A stretch of DNA of 64,000 bases from Rebecca billardiae RCC1528 (Eukaryota > Protista > Haptophyta), in assembly GCA_965240325.2 (NCBI GenBank), contig OZ251237.1, positions 1,673,601 through 1,737,600 on the forward strand, in the 5' to 3' direction. The position numbers and the translations under genes were made by a program. Below, piece by piece: positions 32,290-43,122 of this stretch; position 1 is the stretch's first letter; the number at the start of each line of letters is the position of its first letter. The notes below the pieces were generated by a model. The model worked only from the letters and a program-made list of their open reading frames with translations. It was not told the origin of the DNA and did not search any database.

Positions 32290-33867
32290 ATGGGGCTCTC
32301 GCCGAGCAAGGCGTGCCGGCCGTCGCGCCGCTCGTGGCGCTCGCCGGCACGCCAGCCTGCGGCGATCGCGCCGCTCTCGCCGTCGCGGGCCAACGTGCTC
32401 GCTCCCGATTCACCACCGGCCCGCGGCCCGCCGCCGGCAGCGTGCGCTGCCGTAGCGCCGAGCAGCGGCGCGCCGCCCGCAGCCGCAGACGGGCGCGCCG
32501 CCACGGCCGACCGATCGGCGCGCGGTGACGCGCCACGGGCGCAGCAGCCGCCGGCAAGCACGCTGGCAGTGGCCGCGTCACCGTGCGCCGCGCCAGCGGC
32601 CGCGCCACCGCGCGCTCCCGTGCCGCCGCGGGAGCCCGAGGCGGCGCGCGCTCGCGCGCCGCCGGCGACGGCGCCCGCTGCGGCGCCGAACGCCGAGGCG
32701 GCGCCGGCGCAGGCCCTCGGCCGCGCGGCGTCCGACCCACCACCTGCGCTCGTGGCCCGGACGTCGTCCGTGCGCCCGCGGCCGACCGACGCGCCCGCGG
32801 CGCGCGCGCGGCCACCATCAGCCGCGCCTCCGGCCTCCACGGCCGAGCAGCCGACTGCTGTGGAGGAGGCGGAGGTGGCGGGGCGCGCGCGCACGGTGGC
32901 GCCGCCCTCGGCCGTGGACGCGGCCGTGCGCGCGGCGGTGCCCCTGGAGCGCGCACCGGCCGAGGCAGACGAGCGCGCGCCCGGCGCCGCGGCAGCGCCG
33001 GCGCTTGAGCCCGCGCCCGAGGCGAGCGCGGGCGGCGGCGGTGCGGAGGGTGCGGAGGCGGAGGGTGCGGAGGCGGAGGGTGCGGAGGCGGAGGGTGCGG
33101 AGGCGGTGTGTGACGCTGAGGGCGGCAGCTGCGCACTCGGCGCGTGGTGGGCGCGCGCAGACGCCGCGCCCGCGCCGCTCGGCGGCTCGTCAGACGCTGA
33201 CCTCGCCGCCGAGCCGGGCGCGCACGGCCCGGCCGGCGGCGCCGCCGACCCGGAGGAGGACGCGCGCTCGGCGGCGTGGTGGGCGGCGCTGCCCGCGGGC
33301 GCGCGCGCGGCCGAGGCGGAGTGGGCGCGCGCGCTCTCGCCGCTGGCCTTTGCCGTGCTGCGGCAGGCGCGCACCGAGCCCGCGGGGAGCGGCGAGCTGC
33401 TCCGCACCGACGCGCCCGGGCTGTACGTGTGCGCGGGCTGCGGCAGCGCGCTCTACTCCTCCGAGCACAAGTTCCTCTCCGAGCACGGCTGGCCGGCGTT
33501 CGGGGGCGCGCTGCCGGGCGCGCTCGAGCGCGTGCGCGTGGGCAAGGGCGCCAAGCTCGAGGTGCGCTGCAACGCGTGCGCGGGGCACCTCGGGCACGTC
33601 TTCGCCTCGCGGCGGTACGCGAGCGGCGAGCGGCACTGCGTCAACTCGGCCGCGCTGCGCTTCCTCGCCGGCGCGTGCGCGCCGCCCGCCGCCGCCGATG
33701 GGCCCGGCGGCGAGTCCGAGCGGCCGCGCGCAGCGCCGAGCGCGATGAGCGCGGCGCTTGGCGGCGCCGCCAAGCGCACCGCGTCGGCGGCGTCGCGGCG
33801 CGCGCTGGCGCAGCGGCAGCAGAGCGCCGGCAATATCAGGGCAGCGCGGCGTGCCTCCGCGGCGTGA
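32290..33867 (+). CDS. msrB: Methionine-R-sulfoxide reductase B with long disordered N-terminal extension
   Basis: LSPLAFAVLRQARTE, GLYVCAGC, KF..GWPAF, EVRCNAC.GHLGHVF, RHCVNSAAL: two CxxC zinc motifs and the catalytic Cys. Confidence 0.92.
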   Translation: MGLSPSKACRPSRRSWRSPARQPAAIAPLSPSRANVLAPDSPPARGPPPAACAAVAPSSGAPPAAADGRAATADRSARGDAPRAQQPPASTLAVAASPCAAPAAAPPRAPVPPREPEAARARAPPATAPAAAPNAEAAPAQALGRAASDPPPALVARTSSVRPRPTDAPAARARPPSAAPPASTAEQPTAVEEAEVAGRARTVAPPSAVDAAVRAAVPLERAPAEADERAPGAAAAPALEPAPEASAGGGGAEGAEAEGAEAEGAEAEGAEAVCDAEGGSCALGAWWARADAAPAPLGGSSDADLAAEPGAHGPAGGAADPEEDARSAAWWAALPAGARAAEAEWARALSPLAFAVLRQARTEPAGSGELLRTDAPGLYVCAGCGSALYSSEHKFLSEHGWPAFGGALPGALERVRVGKGAKLEVRCNACAGHLGHVFASRRYASGERHCVNSAALRFLAGACAPPAAADGPGGESERPRAAPSAMSAALGGAAKRTASAASRRALAQRQQSAGNIRAARRASAA

Positions 33868-34100
33868 CATGACTGCACGCATCGCCTGGCATCACGCGGT
33901 GGCCTGCGCTCAAACAGTTAGCGCAGTCGGCGCCCGTCACCCGTCATCGATGAAGATGCGGGTACACTGTACCCGCATTCTGATTAGGCTGATACACGAC
34001 GAATCGACGATCTGCCTCTGACAAACCGGCGCGCAGGTCTGCACTCAAGGCCGTCCAGCAAGAGGGCTGACCCAGCACCACGACGGCCCCGCCGGCAAGG

Positions 34101-35172
34101 ATGTCGGCGCACGAGAGCGACCCGTATTTCGCCAAGGCGGATGACGTGCTCAAGTCGTACGTGATCGACTACGAGAAGTACGAGGAGTTCGCGCTCGACG
34201 TCATGTTCAACAGCCTGATGGCCAACCCATGCCTCTGCTGCAGTGCGCGCCCCCCGCATCGCGCGCGCGCGCGAGACGTGTTTGCCGCGCAGAGCGTGCG
34301 GCCGACTGACTCGGCGCGTGCCGCGCCGCGCCGCCACCCGCGCGCCGGGTGCAGTGCCATGCGTGATATGCGATTACTGCCTGTTCCAAAAGCCCAACAC
34401 GAAAGACCTCATCCGCGCCCAGCACGTCGCCATCACGCGCGACGGCATCAAGTTTGTGACCGACCGGCACAAGACGGCGTGCCGGCTGCAGTGCCAGGAG
34501 CAGGGGCGCGTGTCCAAGACGGTGCCGTTCGACAAGATCACGGACTGTGACGTGGAGGAGCCCGTGCGCGCGCGTGCGCGCGCGCTGCTACGCCCACGCC
34601 GCGCGCTGCGCGCGCGTGCCCGCTGCTCGCCCGCCGACGGCGCACGGCCGCGCCGCCTCCGCACCGCTGCCCTGCTGCCGCTGCCGCGCCACAGGCGGGC
34701 GCGTCGGGCCCGTGCTGCTGCCTGGTGCAGAACGTGCTCTACTACGTGAATGTGGACACCGCCTCGACGCCGCCGGGCGGGCACGAGCTGCACATGGCCG
34801 GCATCAAGGTGCGCGCCGCGCCGCGCGCTGCCCCCCGCAGCGCCCGCACCCTCACGTGCACCGCGCCTGCGGGTGCGCGCGCGCGCTGCGGGCGTGCAGG
34901 ACCCGCACCAGTTCAAGAAGGACGTGTGGGCGATGAAGCGAGGCGAGGCGGTCGACGGCGTCCCCTCGACTCAGTCCTCCGGCCCCGCGATACTTGGCAT
35001 GAGCCGCAACGCCGGCGGCGGCAAGTCGGGCGGCGGCGGCCTCTTTGGCGCGGCGGGAGGCGGCGGCGGCGGCCGTGGTGAGGAGCTCGCGCCGCTGCTC
35101 AAGGAGCAGACGGGGCTGCTGCGCGACATCGCCGCGGCGATCCGAGAGCAGACCGCCGCGATGGCCAAGTGA
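34101..35172 (+). CDS. Four-exon gene, probable membrane-associated bacterial-type PH-domain protein, copy A (introns 34243-34354, 34564-34694, 34809-34899)
   Basis: Splicing gives a continuous ORF with KTVPFDKITD, VNVDTAS and GIKDPHQFKK (YdbS/bPH_2-like by recollection); Cys-rich hydrophobic N-terminal segment. Confidence 0.7.
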
Positions 35173-35430
35173 GCGCGCGGCCCGCGCCTCGCTGCTCGCG
35201 GCTTGGCTCGTCCCTTTCATTTCTGCGATCGCCCGTCATCATCGTACAGAAAGGCGTTTCTGTCTGTTACAGTACGTACTGTATGATTGTATTGCTCGAT
35301 AGAAACGGAAGCGGTAACGAAATACAAACAGACTACTTTAGTACTAGTCGTACTAGTAGTAGCATCTCATTGTGCTGGCAAACCGGCGCGCGGCCCTCAA
35401 AGCCGTCCGGCCAGCACGCACCCGCGAAGC

Positions 35431-36502
35431 ATGTCGGCCCACGAGGGCGACCCCTTCTTCGCCCAGGCGGATGACGTGCTCAAGTCGTACGCGATTGACT
35501 ACGAGAAGTACGAGGAGTTCGTCCTCGACGTCGTGTTCAACACCCTGATGGCCAACCCATACTTCTGCTGCAGTGCGTGCTGCCGCCCACCGAGCGGGAG
35601 GCGCGTCCGCCGCACGCAGCGTGGGGCCGACTGACTCGGCGCGGCACCGCGCCGCGCCGCCACCCGTGCGCCTGCGCAGTTCCGTGCGTGATGTGCGGGT
35701 TCTACCTCTTCACAAAGCCCAACACGAAAGACCTCATCCGCGCCCAGCACGTCGCCATCACGCGCGACGGCATCAAGTTTGTGACCGACCGGCACAAGAC
35801 GGCGTGCCGGCTGCAGTGCCAGGAGCAGGGGCGCGTGTCCAAGACGGTGCCGTTCGACAAGATCACGGACTGCGACGTGGAGGAGCCCGTGCGCGCGCGT
35901 GCGCACGCGCTGCTACGCCCACGCCGCGCGCTGCGCGCGCGTGCCCGCTGCTCGCCCGCCGACGGCGCACGGCCGCGCCGCCTCTCCACCCCTGCCCTGC
36001 TGCCGCTGCCGCGCCGCGCCACAGGCGGGCGCGTCGGGCCCGTGCTGCTGCCTGGTGCAGAACGTGCTCTACTACGTGAATGTGGACACCGCCTCGTCAC
36101 CGCCGGGCGGGCACGAGCTGCACATGGCCGGCATCAAGGTGCGCGCCGCGCCGCGCGCTGTGCACCGCAGCGCCCGCACCCTCACGTGCACCGCGCCTGC
36201 GGGTGCGCGCGCGCGCTGCGGGCGTGCAGGACCCGCACCAGTTCAAGAAGGACGTGTGGGCGATGAAGCGAGGCGAGGCGGTCGACGGCGTCCCCTCGAC
36301 TCAGTCCTCCGGCCCCGCGATACTCGGCATGAGCCGCGACGCGGGCGGCGGCAAGTCGGGCGGCGGCGGCCTCTTTGGCGCGGCGGGAGGCGGCGGCGGC
36401 GGCCGTGGTGAGGAGCTCGCGCCGCTGCTCAAGGAGCAGACGGGGCTGCTGCGCGACATCGCCGCGGCGATCCGAGAGCAGACCGCTGCGAGGGCCAAGT
36501 GA
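35431..36502 (+). CDS. Tandem paralog, copy B
   Basis: Same exon structure at an offset of 1330 bp; 3' exons and introns nearly identical. Confidence 0.7.
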
Positions 36503-38086
36503 GCGCGCGGCTCGCCGCTTGCCCGCGTGGCGCCGCCACCATTCAATTCTGAGTAAGTGACGGTTCGTCCGACCCGGACTCACCGGACTGTCCGATGCGA
36601 CTCACACTGCCCTCGTCATCGCGCTATCTCTGCATCAGGGATGGTTGTCGGCTGGATGCATGCGTCACCGCTAATCTCGCCTGCCTGAGCTGTTAGTGCG
36701 TCTCATTATTCTTATAGTAATATATATTATAAACTGTATAAGGCAGACATACAGCTGCTCGCAAGTCGTCAAGGCTATACATGCAGGAAGCTATACGCTC
36801 TGTTTCACCGCCGAGCCTACGTACTGTATAGTCGTCGTAGCAGTCAGATCGATGAAACTCGTCGTCATCGGTATAGCTTACCGGCGTGAGGTGCCGATCG
36901 AGAACGGTCAACGTCAGTTACGGAATACGGTTCGGGCGGGCGTCGCCCGTCCGCGCCGGGCCGTGCCGCAGTCCGTGCCTGATCAGGCGGCTAGCGGCAT
37001 CATCAGGTTGTTCGGCCCCGCTCGTCCCGGGCGGGGGCGGCCGGACCCGATCGGGCAAAGGATCGCAAGCTGCAGGCAACGCTTTGACTGGGACACCTCC
37101 GGCCCCGCTCGTGCCGGGCGCTGCCAACGGCTGACGGCTCCCAGGAAGTGCTCGAAAGTTGAATGACGACGTCGGGACCGTCCGACTGACTCAGAATCGG
37201 CGCTGGCGCCACTCGGTTGCGGCTGCGTCGCACTCACTCGCAGGCCCGCGCAGCCGAGTGGCAGACGGGCTATACATCATCACAGGGCTCACCGGCGCGC
37301 CCTCATGCGACTATGCGCTCGAGCTCGGCGCTGCGTCGTCATAGATTATGCAGTTGGCAAGGCCAACGCCGGTCATAGCACGCGGTTGGCAAGCCACCCA
37401 CGCGCATCGGCGCGTCGTCATAGATTATGCAGTTGGCAAGGCCAAAGCCGGTCATAGCACGCGGTTGGCAAGGCCACTCGCGAGCCCGCCTGGACGTGCC
37501 GGAGCTGCGGCGTCGTCATCTCATGCAGCTGCCATCGCCCCTGTCTTGCCGACAGCAGAAGGGCGGGCACGACGGCGGCGCGCGGCCGCATCCGAGGCAA
37601 GCATCAGCGGATGTGCAGCGAGACGGTTCGATGCCAGCTGGACGATCATGGAGCAGTGCATGTCCCTGCAGAGCTGGCCGTGCTCTGCGGCGGGCCGGCC
37701 GCTGCCGAGGGACCATCCGAACGCCCGTGGCCGCGTCGCGCGAGAGAACGCTCCTCGACTTTGACGGCTTCCCTGTGCCAGCCGGCTCGACCGCCCCGAC
37801 AACGCCGACGTCGCGAGCGCACCACCCAAAGGCCTAGTGCGTGAGGCGCAAGTCACGAGTCGCATTTCGTCGCGCCCGGCGCGGCAAGATGTTTGTTTGA
37901 TTCCTTGATGAGGCGCCCGAGCGAGCGCGGCAGCAAATTGATCTGGTGCTTACTGCTTAGCGGGGCATCAAAAAGTCTGATGATGAAATTCCTCCGTCCA
38001 AGACCGCGGTTCTGCGCTGGAGCGAGCTGGAGAGCGAGTCGCGCTTCACCGGTAGAGTGCAGTCCGCCAGCGTGCGTCTCGGCAGA

Positions 38087-39307
38087 ATGGGGGCGGCAAA
38101 CGCGATCGCCCGCGACGTGCTGCGCGCAGCGAAGGACCACGCGTCGGCTGACGAGGTGCGCGATGACCTCGCTGCGCGCATCCGTGCGGCGGGCATCTCG
38201 TCGGCGGTCGTGCGCGTGGTGAGACCCGGGCTCGAGCCCATTGAGTGGTCGTTTGCGCGCGCGGACGGCGAGACGGTCTTCCGCCTCTTCTCGGGCACGA
38301 AGCTCTTCACGGCGGCGGCGATCATGCGCCTCGTCGCGCAAGGGTCGATGGGCCTTGAGGACGACGTCGGTACCCTCGTCGGCGCCGCCGATCGCCCGGG
38401 CTGGGATGGCCTCGTCGGCGTGAGCGTCCGCCAGCTGCTCTCGCACACCTCGGGGCTGGTCGACTCGAGCGTCGCGGCGTTCATGTCGACGCACCCCCCG
38501 GCCATACAACCGGGCCCACCCATCGAGGAGCTGCTCTCGCGCTTCGACCTGCGCGCCTCGTCTCGGCGCACGGACGGGGTGGCGCGGTACGCCAACGTGA
38601 ACTACCTCCTCCTCGGGCTGCTGCTCGAGCGCGTCACGCGGCAGCCCTACTCGGCCGCGCTGGGCGCGCTCGTGCTCGCGCCGCTCGGCTCGCGCGCGTG
38701 CTTCTCGTACGCGGACGCCGCCGCGCTTGGAGACAGTCCGAGAGCCATCGGCACCGCCGGCGTCGGCACCCTCCTTGCCCTCAGCGCTGTCCTCGGCCGC
38801 GCAGCGGCCGGGGCGCTCGTCGACAGGCGCGCCGCGCCGTCACCGCCGCTGCCGTGGGGAACGCGCGCGCTCAGGCAGTTCGACCTGGACGGGCTGTCGT
38901 TCGGCGGGCTGCTGGGGCGTGCGCGCGACTTCTCGCCGCTCCTCGAGGCCGCGCTCTGCACGGCGGATCCGTCCGCGGCGTCAGCGGTGCCTGCTGCGCT
39001 TGCGGCCGAGCTCGCGCCGCCGGTCGTGTTTGCCGAGCACGGCGCGCAGCCCGTCGGCATCGAGGCCAAGGCGGGCGCCGGCCTCGGGTGGAAGCTTGGA
39101 GTGTGCGCGGACGGCACGCACTTCTGCACACACGAAGGCGGCGGCGGTGGCTTCGCCACGGAGATGCGCGTATACCCGTCCCTTGGCGTCGGCGTGGTCG
39201 TGCTGCTCAACTGCTGGAGCCTCGACATGCGCGAGGCTCGCCTCTCGCACGCGATCTGCGAAGCCGTGCGCTCCGCGCACGCGCGCGGCACCCTCGGCGC
39301 GGCCTAG
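38087..39307 (+). CDS. Beta-lactamase/AmpC-fold serine hydrolase, intronless
   Basis: SxxK (FSGTKLF), LLSHTSG, YxN (YANVNY), HEGG, GVVVLLN. Confidence 0.88.
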   Translation: MGAANAIARDVLRAAKDHASADEVRDDLAARIRAAGISSAVVRVVRPGLEPIEWSFARADGETVFRLFSGTKLFTAAAIMRLVAQGSMGLEDDVGTLVGAADRPGWDGLVGVSVRQLLSHTSGLVDSSVAAFMSTHPPAIQPGPPIEELLSRFDLRASSRRTDGVARYANVNYLLLGLLLERVTRQPYSAALGALVLAPLGSRACFSYADAAALGDSPRAIGTAGVGTLLALSAVLGRAAAGALVDRRAAPSPPLPWGTRALRQFDLDGLSFGGLLGRARDFSPLLEAALCTADPSAASAVPAALAAELAPPVVFAEHGAQPVGIEAKAGAGLGWKLGVCADGTHFCTHEGGGGGFATEMRVYPSLGVGVVVLLNCWSLDMREARLSHAICEAVRSAHARGTLGAA

Positions 39308-39386
39308 TCGTCCGACAATCATCAGCCGCGGCCATCGTCGCCGCCGCGGCCGTACTCTTCGTGACTCGGGCTGACCGGCGGCGGAG

Positions 39387-39424
<38 letters not shown>
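39387..39424. repeat. (CT)n microsatellite
   Basis: Direct reading. Confidence 0.9.
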
Positions 39425-39885
39425 ATGCCACTATATGCCATGCATACTAGTGCGCTGCGCTGCCGACCGTGACTCGTGAGAGTCTGATTCGCGCGCGGCT
39501 GATAGATGCTGATGATGATGTCGTATATATAGCGTCGTCCGGTTATGATGGCATATCGTCATCATGATGCAGCAGCAGCTAGTGCGCACAGCGCAGCGCG
39601 TAGCCGTATACGTTACGGTCGGACGATATGATGTGAATCATGTAGCGCGTACGTGCTGTTGGCTAATAGCCGCGTCGTCGTTGCATGTGTCGCACGCCCA
39701 GTGGCAGTGCGGCCAGTGCCATATATATAGTGGCCAGTTCGCCTGGCAGATCAGTTCCGCCGCGCCTATACTTCTTGCATGCGCGAGGTGCGCCTTCACG
39801 CCGCTGCGCCGCCTCCGGTCGTCACGGTCGTGCGTCATCTCACACCGGCCCCATCGCTCGATGCGCCGCGCGCGCGGCCGGCTCG

Positions 39886-42800
39886 TCAGAGCGCCGGGTC
39901 GGGCGTGACGCGGATGTACCGCCTGCCCGACGGCACGGCCTGCGTCTGGAAGCCCTTGGGCAGCGCCGCGCGCGCCGCCTCGTCCGAGAGTGCCGGCAGC
40001 ACCTGCGGCGTGCGGCGCGCGGCCGTCAGCGGCGCGTCGGCGCGCGCGCGCGCTCCCCCGCACACGCGGCGCACGGCGCGCGCGCGCGGTCTCGCACCAT
40101 GCACGGCTTGCCCGGCATCCAGTTGGCGGGCGTGGCCACCTTGTGCACCGCCGTCATCTGCAGCGAGTCGATCGCGCGCAGCACCTCTCCAAAGTTGCGC
40201 CCCGAGCTCGCGGGGTAGAGGAGCTGCAGCTTGAGCGTCTTGTCAGGCCCGAACACGAAGACGGCGCGGCAGGTGAGCGGCATGCCCTCCTGCGGGTTGG
40301 TGCCGTCCAGCATCCCGAACGCAGTCGCAATCTCGCGCGTCGGGTCGGCAATGATCGGGTAGCTGCGCACGCGCGCGCACGCGGCGGGGCCAGAGGGCAG
40401 AGGGCGCGCGCTCAGCCGGAGCGGCGTGCGCGTGGGCGCGTGCGCGCGCGGGGGGGGGGCGTGCGCGCTCACGGGAAGCCTCGGTCTGTGGGCAGCCTCG
40501 CGAGCGCGAGCACGTCCTGGCCCCACGCGATGTGCGAGCCGGTGGTGTTGCACGAGAGCGCGAGCACGCGCACTTTGCGCGCGCTGAACTGCGGCAGCAG
40601 CTGCGCGACGCTGCCGAGCTCTGTCGTGCACACGGGCGTGAAGTCGTCCGGGTGCGAGAAGAGCGCCGTCCACCAGCCGCCCCGGCCGAGCAGCTCGTGC
40701 AGCCGGATGCGCCCGTGCGTCGACTCCGCCACAAAGTCGGGCGGGAGCTGGCCGAGCAGCAGGCCGGCCACGGCCGCAGCGGGTGCGCGCCCGGCGGGGT
40801 GCGCGATGATGGCCGTGCCGCCCGTGGCCGTGCCGCGCGATGGCGTCGCAGTCGCCGTCGTCGTCGCCGTCGACGCGGCCGCGGGCGTGGCGGGCGGCGC
40901 CGTCCGCGCCCGCGGCGGCCCCCCGCGTGCTCCTCCTGCTGCCGCGTGCTCCTTCTCCTTCGCGTCGAGCCACTCGGCTGCGAGGTGCACACACGCGCGC
41001 GCAAGAGGACCAGGCGGTCAAGGCGGTCACGGGGGCGGTCACGCGGGGCGACGCGCACGGCCGCGCGCGGGGTGCGGGGCGGGGAGTGAGCGCGGGCCGC
41101 CGCGCGCCACGCGCTCGCCCGCGCGCGCGCGCGCGCTGCGCGCACAGATGGGGGCGAGCGTGGCCGCGGCGAGCGGCACCGCGCCGACAAAGTCCGCGAC
41201 GAGCTGCGAGAGCCGAGGGTGCGCGCGCAGCCCCGCGGCCTGCGCCACGTGCGCGTGCGTGGCCGCGAGCAGGAAGGGCACCACCTTGAAGTCGGCGATC
41301 GTGGGCTCCGCCGAGCCGCCGATGAAGCGCCCGCCCTGCGACGGCGCGGCGGCGCGCGGCGCGCGTGAGCCGCGCGCGGCAGCGGACGGCGGCGTCGGCC
41401 CCGAGCGCGCGGCGTGCGCGCGGTGTGCGGCGTGCGCGCGCGTGGGCGCGTGCGCGCGTGGGCGCGTGCGCGCGTGCGCGCACCTCTGCGCGCAGGAAGC
41501 GCTCCGCCCACACGCCGAGCGCGGCCTCGTACGCGGCGGCCTCGGCGAGCGCGTCGTCGGGCGGCGGCGCGAAGCCCATCAGCGGGTACACCACCTTCTT
41601 GTGGTGCGGCAAGTAGCACTCGAACGCGAACGCGTCCATCGCGCTGTCCAGCTGCGCGGCGAGGCCGGGCTGCGAGCGCGCCGGGTAGAGCTGCTCCGCG
41701 CCGTACGCGCGCGCGCCGTGCCGCAGGATGGCGGAGGACTCGCCGATGCTCACGCCGCCGGGCTCGTGGAGCGTGGGCACCTTGTGGAACGGGTTGAGCC
41801 GGCCGAACGCCTCCGACTTGAGCCCGCCCGCCGCGTCCGGCGCCGCGGGCGCCTCGATCGCGCCGAGCTCGCGCAGCAGCAGCGCCGCGCCCGCGCAGTT
41901 GGCCGACGGGCCGAGCGCGTACAGGCACGCGCGCGCGGCGGCGCAGCGCGCGCCGATGTGCGGCAGGTTGGGCGCGAGCGCGTCGAGCGTGAGCTCCAGC
42001 TGCGTCCGCCCGCGCGCGTTCATCGCGGCGAGCAGCTCCTCCGCGTCCGCGCGCCCGCCGAGCACGTGCGCGCGCGGGTCGGCGCGGAGCGCGGCCGCGA
42101 GCCAGAACGCGCAGCGGCGGCGCGCGAGCTGCACGGCGGCGGGGTGGAGGACGAGGGCCTGCGCCTCGCGCCACGGCGCGACGGGGTGGAGCGTCTGCAC
42201 GTGCAGCACGCCGAGCTCGTCCGGCGCGCCCGAGAAGACCGTGAGCTGCATGCGCGCCGCGTACTCGCGCGTCCACAGCAGCCGGTACGCGCTCCGCACA
42301 GCCCAGCGCGCGACGTGCGCGCGCACGCCGTAGACCGCGGCGTTCTCGAGGCACGCGCGGACGGGGCGGCAGCCGATGTGCTCGGGCGCGCACACCGCGT
42401 CGAGCACCTCCGCCGACGGCGCGTACCCGCGCGCGCCCGCCGCCGCCTCGGTGGCGGCCGCCAGCGAGAAGCCGACGTGCCGCAGCGACCCCTCGAGCGC
42501 GTCGACGGCGCGCTCGTCGGTGGCGAAGTAGAAGGCGCCCTTGCGCTGGACGAGCGTGGCGAGCAGCTCGGTCACCACCTCCTCCGTCGTGAGGTACGCC
42601 CCGCCCGTCGCGTCGTCCACCACCGAGAGCGCGAGCAAGAACTCGCCGAGGTCGCCGCCCGGCGTGCCGTGCACGCGGCGCGACTCGCGGCCGTCGATGC
42701 ACGCGAGGACGGCGGGCGTGGCGTCGAGCGTGGGGTGCGCGGCGAGCGCGAGCTGCGACGCCGCCTCCTCCGGCCGCAGCCCGTACGCCCCCGCCTTGAT

Positions 42801-42926
42801 CGAGACGCACGTCCACGTCGCGTCCACGGCCATGGTCGGCGAGCAGACGAACAGTGTAGTGCTGGTCGCCGAGCGCGACCAAGCGGCTGCTCCGCTGCTG
42901 TTTTCCGAAGCGGCGACTGCGGCCAT
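39886..42926 (-). CDS. Fusion protein: CxDGR/HxxC carbonic-anhydrase-like domain + glutathione S-transferase + 1-Cys peroxiredoxin (Prx6). Exons 42926-41484, 41335-41146, 40977-40473, 40362-40098, 40002-39886
   Basis: [21 protein letters not shown]; [19 protein letters not shown] and FIGG..PTIADF; Prx6 [44 protein letters not shown]. All four GT..AG introns keep the frame. The start could instead be 42833. Confidence 0.85.
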
Positions 42927-43122
42927 GTTTCGTCATCGCGGGCAAGGGCCGAGCGATCCGGCCGAGCGCGGCGCGCCCGGACTGGCCCGCCTCGCCCTGA
43001 GCGCACGCCGCTCGACCGAGCGAGGGCAGCCCTGCTGCTTGGCGCCCAGCCGCTCGCCAAGGGCCCGCCTGCGAGGGCCGCGCCGTCTCGCGCGGCGGCC
43101 CCCACGGGGCGGCCGCAGCGGC

